Part shown: positions 55,862 through 64,000 of the stretch, in pieces | How positions within the stretch are numbered: position 1 is the stretch's first letter | How the letters are laid out: each line of letters begins with the position of its first letter | Origin: Brevinematia bacterium | Lineage (GTDB): Bacteria > Spirochaetota > Brevinematia > Brevinematales > JAOACQ01 | Length of the DNA stretch: 64,000 bases | Direction: 5' to 3' | Assembly: GCA_049968515.1 (NCBI GenBank) | Contig: JBMFQR010000004.1 | Span: 6,145-70,144 of the forward strand | The notes under the pieces: model-generated | What the model saw: the letters and a program-made list of their open reading frames with translations, nothing else | Database searches by the model: none | What the model was told of the DNA's origin: nothing | Program-made: the position numbers and the translations under genes

Positions 55862-56575
55862 ATGAAGGTTCTTGTAAAAAATAATGTTGTGTATAAAGGT
55901 GGAAAAAGAATACTCTCACTGATAGAAAAGTTTGATCTTGAAAAATTTTATCCTCTTGATGAGGCTTGCAAATTGGTAAAGGAGACAGCCACTGCAAAGT
56001 TTGATGAGACTATTGAGCTTTCTTATAAGTTAAACATAAAGCAGAAGCATAATATAAGAGATGTTGTTTTGCTCCCTCATTCAACTGGAAAGCAGTGCAG
56101 GGTGCTGGTTTTTGCAGAGGGTGAGAAGGCTGTGGAAGCAGAAAAGGCTGGTGCTGATTATGTTGGTTCTACTGAACTTGTGGAGAAGATTGCTGGTGGC
56201 TGGCTTGATTTTGAAGCCTGTATAGCCACGCCGGATATGATGAAGAATTTAAGTAAGATTGCACCTATTCTTGGTAGAAGGAAGCTCATGCCGAATCCTA
56301 AAACCGGAACAGTTACGATGGAGATTGAAAGGGCAGTTAAGGAAGCAAAGGCTGGAAAGGTAGAAATAAGAAATGACAAAACAGGAAATATTCACACGAT
56401 TATTGGCAAAAAATCCTCTTCAGCAGAGGTTTTATATGAGAATGCACTTGCCATACACAGGGTTCTATTGAAGAATAAACCTGCTGACCTGAAAGGAGAT
56501 TATATTGCTACAATGGTTATTTCTGCTACTATGGGACCTGGTATAAAGGTTGATTTTAAAAAGCTTTCAATTTAA
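55862..56575 (+). CDS. rplA: 50S ribosomal protein L1
   Basis: ATG at 55862, directly after GGAGGATTAAG. 'FDETIELSYKLNI', 'VLVFAEGEKAVEAEKAGADYVG' and 'GKVEIRNDKTGNIH' are L1 motifs. Confidence 0.9.
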   Translation: MKVLVKNNVVYKGGKRILSLIEKFDLEKFYPLDEACKLVKETATAKFDETIELSYKLNIKQKHNIRDVVLLPHSTGKQCRVLVFAEGEKAVEAEKAGADYVGSTELVEKIAGGWLDFEACIATPDMMKNLSKIAPILGRRKLMPNPKTGTVTMEIERAVKEAKAGKVEIRNDKTGNIHTIIGKKSSSAEVLYENALAIHRVLLKNKPADLKGDYIATMVISATMGPGIKVDFKKLSI

Positions 56576-56600
56576 AAGTCTTTAAATGTTGAGGTAAACT

Positions 56601-57125
56601 ATGTCGGTTAAAGAAAAGAAAAAAGAACTTTTTTCAGAGATCAACACTTATTTTGAGAATAATTATGGTGTGATAATGGCAGATTTTAAGGGTTTAAGTG
56701 TTGCCGAGCTTGATGAGATTAGAAGAAAGGCTGAAAGCGAAGGTGGTATACCGAAAGTTGTAAAAAATAATGTCTTTGAAAAGGTTCTTGAATCAAAAAA
56801 GATTGAAGGGTTTGAGAATGTTTTGAAGAACAATACCATTGCGTTTTTCTCTCGGGATGATCTTATTAAGGTATTAAAGCTGCTTGTTAAATATAGCAAG
56901 GAAAATGATAAGTTTCTTATTAAAGGTGTTTATTTTGATGGTAAGCTGTTTGAACAGAATGATGTTGTAGAACTTTCAAAGCTGCCATCAAAACAGGAAA
57001 TTCTTTCTATGATTGTTGGAAACTTACAGGGAGTTATCTCCAGCTTTGTTGGTACATTAAATAGTGTTGTGACAACTTTTGTTGGAACAATTAAAGCTCT
57101 GGAAGAAAAAAATAGTAAAAATTAG
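56601..57125 (+). CDS. rplJ: 50S ribosomal protein L10
   Basis: '[20 protein letters not shown]' is the L10 signature. Position is between rplA and rplL. Confidence 0.9.
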   Translation: MSVKEKKKELFSEINTYFENNYGVIMADFKGLSVAELDEIRRKAESEGGIPKVVKNNVFEKVLESKKIEGFENVLKNNTIAFFSRDDLIKVLKLLVKYSKENDKFLIKGVYFDGKLFEQNDVVELSKLPSKQEILSMIVGNLQGVISSFVGTLNSVVTTFVGTIKALEEKNSKN

Positions 57126-57156
57126 GTTTGTTAAATTTTCATATAAGGAGAATATA

Positions 57157-57552
57157 ATGGCAGATAAGATTCAGGAAGTGATTGACATCATTTCAAATAT
57201 GACTGTGGTGGAGTTAAATGAACTCAGAAAGGCTTTGGAAGAGAAGTTTGATGTTAAAGCAGCTGCTCCTGTCGCATTTGCAGGACCTATGCCGGCACAG
57301 GGTGGTGGGGGTGCTTCTGCTCCTGCTGAAGAAGAAGCCTCAACGGTTTCTGTATTTATAAAGGATGCTGGGCCAAAAAAGATTGAAGTAATAAAGGTTG
57401 TAAGAGAGGTTACTGGCCTTGCATTGAAAGAAGCCAAGGATCTTACTGAAAGCGGTGGCAAACAACCGGTAAAAGAAAATATTTCTAAGTCTGATGCTGA
57501 GGCTTTAAAGAAGAAGCTCGAAGAAGCCGGAGCTGTAGTTGAAATCAAATAG
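57157..57552 (+). CDS. rplL: 50S ribosomal protein L7/L12
   Basis: ATG at 57157 with AAGGAG. '[19 protein letters not shown]', an Ala/Gly hinge, and '[22 protein letters not shown]...[18 protein letters not shown]'. Confidence 0.92.
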   Translation: MADKIQEVIDIISNMTVVELNELRKALEEKFDVKAAAPVAFAGPMPAQGGGGASAPAEEEASTVSVFIKDAGPKKIEVIKVVREVTGLALKEAKDLTESGGKQPVKENISKSDAEALKKKLEEAGAVVEIK

Positions 57553-57613
57553 AGATTTCATTTCTATTAATTCTCACTTTTTTTGTTTTAAGGCTTATAG
57601 TGGCGTGTTTTGA

Positions 57614-57662
57614 CTTCCTCTCCTTTCAACCCCCTGAAGGGGAGGAAGCGTTTTTATTTTTT
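57614..57662 (+). terminator. rplL-rpoB intergenic attenuator/terminator hairpin
   Basis: CTTCCTCTCC (57614-57623) pairs with GGGGAGGAAG (57639-57648) with one G-U, then CGTTTTTATTTTTT. It sits at the classical attenuator position. Confidence 0.55.
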
Positions 57663-57691
57663 CCGTAAATTTAGTTGTAGAGGTAGGATTT

Positions 57692-60600
57692 ATGGAAAGT
57701 CTTTTTTTTAATAGAAAGAGTTTTTCTAGAAATAAAGATAAGATTGCGTTGCCAGACCTTCTTGAGATTCAACTTTCATCTTTTAAGGATTTCTTGCAGT
57801 CAGACAAAAAGATGGAAGAAAGGGAAAATAAGGGTCTTGAATATGTTTTCAGGAGCTTTTTCCCCATAGAATCTCAGTCCGGCGATATAGTTATTGAGTA
57901 TGTAGGATATGAACTCGGGGATATAAAATACACTGAGGAAGAATGCTTTGACAAGAATCTTACATATAGTGTTCCTATAAAAGCTATTTTCAGAGTAATT
58001 GACAGAAATACTGGTGAAGTGAAGGAAAAGGATATTTATATAGGCGATTTCCCCTTGATGACAGAAAGAGGTACTTTCATTTTTAATGGTGCTGAGAGGG
58101 TAATAGTAAATCAGATCTACAAATCACCTGGTGTTCTATTCAGTTATAAAAACAAGGAATTTTCTTCCAAGATTGTTCCAGAAAAGGGTTCATGGCTTGA
58201 GTTTATAATTGATGCAAAAAAGGATCTGATGTATGTCAGGATAGATTCAAGAAGGAAGATACTCATCACAATGTTTTTAAGATCACTCGAAATGAGCGTT
58301 CAGCAGATTATTGAAACATTCTTTAAGGTTAGAAAAATTGATCTTTCAAGGATAAACAAGGAAGAGGCTATTACAAGACTTGTGGGTAGATATGTTGCTG
58401 AAGATATATATGATGATGATAAAAATCTTATAATTGGAGCTGTTGAGAAACTTTTCCCGAATATTATAAACCAGCTTTACTCAAAGGGTAAAACTATAAT
58501 TAAGATAATTGATCCAAAATCTGTGGTTGAAAATAGACCACTTATAAATTCACTCGAAAAGGATGATACAAAAGATTCCGTGAGTAAAGCATTGAAGAAG
58601 GTTTACAGTGTACTTCATCCCGGAGAAGCTGCTCCTATGGAGAATATCTTAAAAGAGCTTAAGAATATGTTTTTCAGTCCCAAGATGTACAATCTTGGAG
58701 AGGTTGGAAAGTATAAGCTTGTTCTTAAGCTTTATCCTGATCTGAGTCAGGAAGAAAGAAATACTTTGATAGAGCAGAAAACACTCTCTTATGAAGACAT
58801 TGCAAGAACCATTAAACTATTGATAAAGGTTTATAATAGAGAAGTACCACAGGATGACGTGGATCATCTTGGCAACAGAAGAGTAAGGAATGTAAATGAA
58901 TTGCTGGTAAATCAACTTTTCCTTGCTTTCAGTAAGGTTGAAAAATCTATATTTGACAAGCTTTCTTCGAGAGAGATTGAGGATTTGACACCGCAGAATC
59001 TTATACCTATTAAACCGATTGTTTCGGCAATCAGTGATTTCTTTGGAATGAGCCAGCTTTCACAGTTTATGGATCAAACCAACCCGCTTTCTGAACTTAC
59101 TCATAAGAGAAGGCTTTCAGCATTGGGCCCGGGAGGTTTATCAAGAGACAGAGCTGGATTTGAGGTGAGAGATGTACACAATACACATTATGGCAGGGTT
59201 TGTCCCATTGAAACTCCTGAAGGACCGAATATTGGATTGATAGTCTCTCTTTCTACATATTCAAGGGTTAATTCTTATGGTTTTCTTGAAACCCCTTACA
59301 TTGTGGTTGAAAACAAAAAGGTGACTGATAAGGTCTTATATCTTTCTGCTACTGAGGAAGAAAATTACTATATTGCCCAGGCTAATGTAAAACTTGATAG
59401 CGAAGGAAATATTATAGAGGATTTTGTTCAGGCAAGATATAAAGGTGAGTTTGAGCTTGTTCCAGCCGAAAGAGTTCAATTTATAGATGTGTCGCCCAAG
59501 CAGATTCTTTCAGTTTCAGCTTCGCTTATTCCTTTTATTGAGCATGATGATGCAAACAGAGCTTTGATGGGTTCAAACATGCAAAGGCAGGCTGTTCCTT
59601 TGCTTGAATCAACTGCTCCAATTGTAGGCACAGGAATGGAAGGCCCTGTTGCAAAGGATTGCAGGGCGATGTTGATTTCTGATGTTGAGGGGACGGTAAA
59701 AAAGGTTGATTCGACAAGCATTACCATTAAGACAACCAACAATAAGGAAAGGGTTTATAAACTTATCAAGTTTAGAAGAACCAATCAGGATACAAGTTTT
59801 AATCAGAAACCAATTGTAAATGTTGGTGATAAGGTAAAAAAGGGCGATATTCTTGCTGATGGTTTTTCGACAGATAAGGGTGAGCTTGCTCTCGGAAAGA
59901 ATATACTTGTAGCCTTTATGCCATGGAATGGTTATAACTATGAGGATGCTATTCTTGTCAGCGAAAGATTACTACAGGATGATGAATTTACATCAATTTA
60001 TACGACGGTTTTTGAGTGTAAGGCGCTTGAAACCAAACTTGGAAGTGAGGAAATTACGAGAGAAATTCCAAACGTAGGAGAAGATGCATTAAAGAATCTT
60101 GATGAAGAAGGAATTATAAGAGTGGGGGCATATGTTAAGCCTGGAGATATTCTTGTGGGTAAAGTGACACCTAAGGGTGAGCCGATGGAGACACCGGAAT
60201 TCAGGCTTTTACACGCAATCTTTGGAGAAAAGGCAAAGGATGTAAAAGACACTTCTCTTAGAGTTCCTCATGGTGAGAGTGGTGTTGTTGTAGATGTTAA
60301 GGTTTTCAGTTCGGATAAGGGAGATGAACTTGCGCCTGGTGTAATTAAACTTGTGAAAGTTTATCTTGCAAAGAAGAGAAAGATTAAACCGGGTGATAAA
60401 CTTGCTGGAAGACATGGTAATAAGGGAGTTGTTTCAAAGGTTCTTGCTGTTGAGGATATGCCGGTACTTCCCGATGGGACTCCTGTGGATATTGTTTTAA
60501 ATCCTCTCGGTGTTCCGAGCAGAATGAATGTTGGGCAGCTTTTTGAGTCTTTGCTTGGTTTAGCTGGCTGGAAGCTTGGAGTAAGGTATGAGTGTCCGGT

Positions 60601-61225
60601 TTTTGAGGGAGCAACTCTTGAGGAAATAGAGGGAGAGATAAAAAAGGCAAATGAGAAGATTGAAAAAGATATATATATGGAGAGAAAAAAGCTCGGTGAG
60701 ACAGATGAAGAAATAAAGAAATACATTGAGATGTGTAAGATGCCTCTCAATGGTAAGTTTATGTTAAGGGATGGGAGAACAGGTGAATATTTTGAAAGAC
60801 CTGTTTTTGTGGGAGTAATGTATCTGATGAAGCTACATCATATGGTTGATGATAAGATTCATGCACGTTCGGTAGGTCCATATTCTCTTGTAACCCAGCA
60901 GCCTCTGAGAGGCAAGGCTAATTTTGGAGGACAGAGATTGGGAGAAATGGAGGTCTGGGCACTTGAAGCCTACGGTGCATCAAACCTGCTTCAGGAAATG
61001 CTAACGATTAAATCCGATGATACTGATGGAAGGGTAAGGATTTATGAGGGAATTATCAAAGGGAAATATACATCTTCTCCTGGAATTCCGGAATCATTTA
61101 ATGTTCTTGTTCAGGAATTGAGAGGGCTTGCACTTGATATTCAGGTTTTTGACAAGAATGGTAAACGTATACCTTTAAACGACAAGGAGAGAGAATTACT
61201 TGAAATGAAGGTTCATTTAATTTAA
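57692..61225 (+). CDS. rpoB: DNA-directed RNA polymerase subunit beta
   Basis: 1177 aa. '[41 protein letters not shown]', '[12 protein letters not shown]' and 'GNKGVVS' are invariant RpoB blocks. Confidence 0.97.
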   Translation: MESLFFNRKSFSRNKDKIALPDLLEIQLSSFKDFLQSDKKMEERENKGLEYVFRSFFPIESQSGDIVIEYVGYELGDIKYTEEECFDKNLTYSVPIKAIFRVIDRNTGEVKEKDIYIGDFPLMTERGTFIFNGAERVIVNQIYKSPGVLFSYKNKEFSSKIVPEKGSWLEFIIDAKKDLMYVRIDSRRKILITMFLRSLEMSVQQIIETFFKVRKIDLSRINKEEAITRLVGRYVAEDIYDDDKNLIIGAVEKLFPNIINQLYSKGKTIIKIIDPKSVVENRPLINSLEKDDTKDSVSKALKKVYSVLHPGEAAPMENILKELKNMFFSPKMYNLGEVGKYKLVLKLYPDLSQEERNTLIEQKTLSYEDIARTIKLLIKVYNREVPQDDVDHLGNRRVRNVNELLVNQLFLAFSKVEKSIFDKLSSREIEDLTPQNLIPIKPIVSAISDFFGMSQLSQFMDQTNPLSELTHKRRLSALGPGGLSRDRAGFEVRDVHNTHYGRVCPIETPEGPNIGLIVSLSTYSRVNSYGFLETPYIVVENKKVTDKVLYLSATEEENYYIAQANVKLDSEGNIIEDFVQARYKGEFELVPAERVQFIDVSPKQILSVSASLIPFIEHDDANRALMGSNMQRQAVPLLESTAPIVGTGMEGPVAKDCRAMLISDVEGTVKKVDSTSITIKTTNNKERVYKLIKFRRTNQDTSFNQKPIVNVGDKVKKGDILADGFSTDKGELALGKNILVAFMPWNGYNYEDAILVSERLLQDDEFTSIYTTVFECKALETKLGSEEITREIPNVGEDALKNLDEEGIIRVGAYVKPGDILVGKVTPKGEPMETPEFRLLHAIFGEKAKDVKDTSLRVPHGESGVVVDVKVFSSDKGDELAPGVIKLVKVYLAKKRKIKPGDKLAGRHGNKGVVSKVLAVEDMPVLPDGTPVDIVLNPLGVPSRMNVGQLFESLLGLAGWKLGVRYECPVFEGATLEEIEGEIKKANEKIEKDIYMERKKLGETDEEIKKYIEMCKMPLNGKFMLRDGRTGEYFERPVFVGVMYLMKLHHMVDDKIHARSVGPYSLVTQQPLRGKANFGGQRLGEMEVWALEAYGASNLLQEMLTIKSDDTDGRVRIYEGIIKGKYTSSPGIPESFNVLVQELRGLALDIQVFDKNGKRIPLNDKERELLEMKVHLI

Positions 61226-61253
61226 AAAACTTTATTTAAAGGAGATTTAATTT

Positions 61254-64000
61254 ATGAGGGGACCAACATCATTTGGTGCAATTTCTATATATCTTGCTTC
61301 TTCAGATCTTATAAGAAGCCTTTCTTATGGAGAGGTAAAAAAGGCAGAAACCATTAATTACAGGACATTAAGACCAGAAAGGGATGGCTTGTTCTGCGAG
61401 AAAATATTTGGTCCGACAAAGGATTACGAATGTTCCTGTGGCAAGTTTAAATCTATAAGGTATAAAAATATTGTGTGTGATAAGTGTGGTGTTGAAGTGA
61501 CAGAAGCTAAGGTTAGAAGGTATAGAACCGGCCATATTGAGCTTGCTGCACCAGTAGCACACATATGGTATTATAGAATTGTACCGAGCAAGATCGCACT
61601 TCTTCTTGATGTAAGTCCAGCAGATATACAGAGCGTTCTTTATTTTGAGAAATATATAGTTGTTGATCCAGGAGAAACTGACCTTCAGCAAAATCAGATT
61701 CTTACTGATGAGGAATATGACGAGTATAGAGAAAAATATAAAGAGGCTTTTCTTGCTGAAACCGGTGCAATTGCATTGAAAAAGATTTTGAAGAATCTTG
61801 ATCTTGATATGCTTATTTCTGAATTGAGAAGCCTTGTTGAAAATAAGTTTAAGGCTGATAAAAAGGTTTTAAAGAGGCTTGAGCTTGCAGAGGAAATAAG
61901 GAAATCCGGAAATAAACCTGAATGGATGATACTGGATGTGATACCAGTAATTCCACCTGACCTCAGACCAATGGTTCCACTTGACGGTGGTAGATTTGCT
62001 ACATCTGATATAAATGATTTATATAGAAGATTGATAAATAGAAATAATAGATTAAAAAAGCTAAAATCTGTTAATGCACCTGATATAATAATAAAGAATG
62101 AGATGAGAATGCTTCAGGATGCAGTTGATTCTCTTTTTGATAATTCGAGAAGGTCTCATCCTGTTACAGGAACGGCCGATAGACCGTTAAAGTCACTATC
62201 TGATATTTTAAAAGGGAAACAGGGGCGTTTCAGACAGAATCTTCTTGGTAAGAGGGTTGATTATTCCGGACGTTCTGTTATTATTGTGGGGCCAAATCTT
62301 AAACTTCATCAGTGTGGCTTACCAAAGCTTATGGCACTTGAGCTTTTTAAGCCATTTGTGATGAGGGGGCTTGTGGAGCAGGGCTATGCACATAATATTA
62401 AGGCTGCTAAAAGAATGATTGAAAGTGAACATGAGCTTGTATGGGGAATTCTTGAGCACGTCGCAAAGAAGCATCCTGTTTTATTAAACAGAGCACCTAC
62501 CCTGCACAGGCTTGGTATTCAGGCTTTTGAGCCAGTCCTGATTGAGGATAAAGCCATACAGCTACATCCGCTTGTCTGTCATGCATACAACGCAGATTTT
62601 GATGGTGACCAGATGGCTGTTCATGTTCCACTTACTCCTGAAGCCCAGATAGAGGCATGGATGTTGATGCTTTCTTCAAGAAACCTATTGAATCCTGCTA
62701 ACGGGAAACCTATTGTCTATCCAACTCAGGATATGGTGCTCGGTATATACTGTCTTACCAAACCAGCACTGGATAAGCCTGAAAAGTTCAGGTTTTTTGA
62801 TAATCTTGAAGAGATTTTGCTTGCAATTGATTCAAAAAAGCTTTCCTACAATGACTGGATAAAATTTAAGTTTAATGGTGAGTTTATAACCACAACTGTT
62901 GGAAGGGTAATATTTAATGAAATAGTACCGGACAATCTAAAATTTGTTAATGATACTCTTAATGCGAAGAAAATAGAAGGGTTGATAGCATCCTGTTATG
63001 AGTGCTTTGGAATAAAAGAGACTGCAAGATTTCTTGATGATCTCAAGAGTATTGGATTTAAATATTCCACAATTTTTGGAATTACAATTTCACTTTCTGA
63101 CCTTGTTATTCCGGAAGAGAAGTATTCCATTGTGGAAAAGACTGAAAAAGAGGTGGAGAGGGCAGAAGAGAACTCAAGGAATGGATTGATAACTCATGAT
63201 GAGAAATATAATCAGGTTATAGACTACTGGACAAGTGCAAATGAAAAGGTGAAGAAGCTTGTTGAAAACAGATTAAAGGAAGACCAGAAAGGATTCAATT
63301 CTCTTTATATAATGATGGATTCTGGTGCAAGGGGTTCAAGAGAGCAGATAAGACAGCTTGTTGGTATGAGGGGACTTATGGCAAAACCATCCGGTGATAT
63401 TATCGAGCTTGCCATTAAGTCTAATTTTAAAGAGGGTCTTTCTGTTATTGAGTATTTTATTTCGAGCCATGGTGCAAGAAAAGGACTTGCTGATACAGCC
63501 TTGAAGACAGCTGATGCTGGTTATCTCACGAGAAAGCTTGTTGATATTGCCCAGGACGTGGTTGTCACTATGGAGGATTGTGGTACTGTCAGAGGCATAA
63601 ATATGAGTGCAATAAAGGAAGGGGATGAAATATTTAAAACTCTTTCTGAAATGATACTTGGAAAGGTTCCTGTTTCAAATATATATGATCCGAGAAATGG
63701 TGAATTGATAGTTAGGGCAAATGAGATTATCAATGAAGAGATTGCCAGAAGAATAGAAAGTTCAGGCATAGAAACTGTAATGATAAGAAGTGTTATTACC
63801 TGTGAAGCACATTTTGGCGTATGTGCAAAATGTTATGGTTGGGATCTTTCATCAAGAAAGCTTGTGAACATAGGAGAGGCTGTTGGTATAATTGCCGCAG
63901 AGTCTATAGGTCAGCCGGGTACACAGCTTACCATGAGAACATTCCACATTGGTGGAACGGCAGCCACCCAGCTTGAAGAAAGTGAGTTGAAACTAAATTA
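61254..64000 (+). CDS. rpoC: DNA-directed RNA polymerase subunit beta' (3' end beyond window)
   Basis: ATG at 61254 after AAAGGAG. Hand translation: '[31 protein letters not shown]...CDKCGVEV' (Zn finger) and '[15 protein letters not shown]' (catalytic DFDGD at ~62590). Not in the ORF track because the frame is open at the right edge. Confidence 0.95.
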   Translation, partial: MRGPTSFGAISIYLASSDLIRSLSYGEVKKAETINYRTLRPERDGLFCEKIFGPTKDYECSCGKFKSIRYKNIVCDKCGVEVTEAKVRRYRTGHIELAAPVAHIWYYRIVPSKIALLLDVSPADIQSVLYFEKYIVVDPGETDLQQNQILTDEEYDEYREKYKEAFLAETGAIALKKILKNLDLDMLISELRSLVENKFKADKKVLKRLELAEEIRKSGNKPEWMILDVIPVIPPDLRPMVPLDGGRFATSDINDLYRRLINRNNRLKKLKSVNAPDIIIKNEMRMLQDAVDSLFDNSRRSHPVTGTADRPLKSLSDILKGKQGRFRQNLLGKRVDYSGRSVIIVGPNLKLHQCGLPKLMALELFKPFVMRGLVEQGYAHNIKAAKRMIESEHELVWGILEHVAKKHPVLLNRAPTLHRLGIQAFEPVLIEDKAIQLHPLVCHAYNADFDGDQMAVHVPLTPEAQIEAWMLMLSSRNLLNPANGKPIVYPTQDMVLGIYCLTKPALDKPEKFRFFDNLEEILLAIDSKKLSYNDWIKFKFNGEFITTTVGRVIFNEIVPDNLKFVNDTLNAKKIEGLIASCYECFGIKETARFLDDLKSIGFKYSTIFGITISLSDLVIPEEKYSIVEKTEKEVERAEENSRNGLITHDEKYNQVIDYWTSANEKVKKLVENRLKEDQKGFNSLYIMMDSGARGSREQIRQLVGMRGLMAKPSGDIIELAIKSNFKEGLSVIEYFISSHGARKGLADTALKTADAGYLTRKLVDIAQDVVVTMEDCGTVRGINMSAIKEGDEIFKTLSEMILGKVPVSNIYDPRNGELIVRANEIINEEIARRIESSGIETVMIRSVITCEAHFGVCAKCYGWDLSSRKLVNIGEAVGIIAAESIGQPGTQLTMRTFHIGGTAATQLEESELKLN

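Noticed and set aside
57171-57548. 125-aa minus-strand ORF; also 60361..60750, 59476..59742 and 61368..61691
   Set aside because: These are antisense to rplL, rpoB and rpoC respectively. They are shadow ORFs inside highly conserved genes.

Overview
AT-rich bacterial chromosome segment. Composition was judged by eye and not computed. The content is mostly core genes of a diderm, flagellated, anaerobe-type organism, and I cannot assign a lineage from sequence alone.

Gene content, left to right:
- ribD 3' end, a TPR protein, a stand-alone RnfC-like gene, and a PQQ-propeller/OmpA protein.
- An SPFH protein, fliS, and a 647-aa hyper-acidic protein.
- A GtsA-like sugar ABC operon (binding protein plus two permeases, no ATPase).
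- mreBCD.
- An Hrb (flavin reductase-rubredoxin) and FprA (flavodiiron) pair, preceded by a GC-rich structured leader.
- An M6-type metalloprotease and a disrupted sensor adenylate cyclase.
- truA, a short-form metH, and a GH16 glucanase.
- A co-directional block of M23 peptidase, bactofilin, STAS, lpxA, lpxB, ruvX and lpxC.
- tRNA-Pro(CGG).
- An accessory patch at about 32.4-38.4 kb. It holds a FliG-like protein, a small membrane protein, a 664-aa membrane-anchored protein, and a decayed type II R-M pair whose methyltransferase carries an N-terminal DCD/EVE-like domain.
- lysS, dapL, and an ACT protein with phenylacetate-CoA ligase.
- phoU-pstBACS.
- A tightly coupled four-gene unit: a TldD/PmbA-family protein plus three unknowns.
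- MTHFS and aroA.
- The conserved block tRNA-Thr, rpmG, tRNA-Trp, secE, nusG, rplKAJL, rpoB and rpoC (rpoC runs off the right edge).

No CRISPR array, transposase, integrase or rRNA was seen.

Most noteworthy observations:
- The DCD-like::methyltransferase fusion with a fragmented PD-(D/E)xK endonuclease.
- The tandem GC-rich leader upstream of hrb-fprA.
- Nested partial duplications of the tRNA-Trp 5' half between rpmG and tRNA-Trp.
- The cyclase broken at an A7 run and by an in-frame TAA.
- The FliG-like three-gene unit.

All homology statements are motif-level recognition from memory and need HMM/BLAST confirmation.
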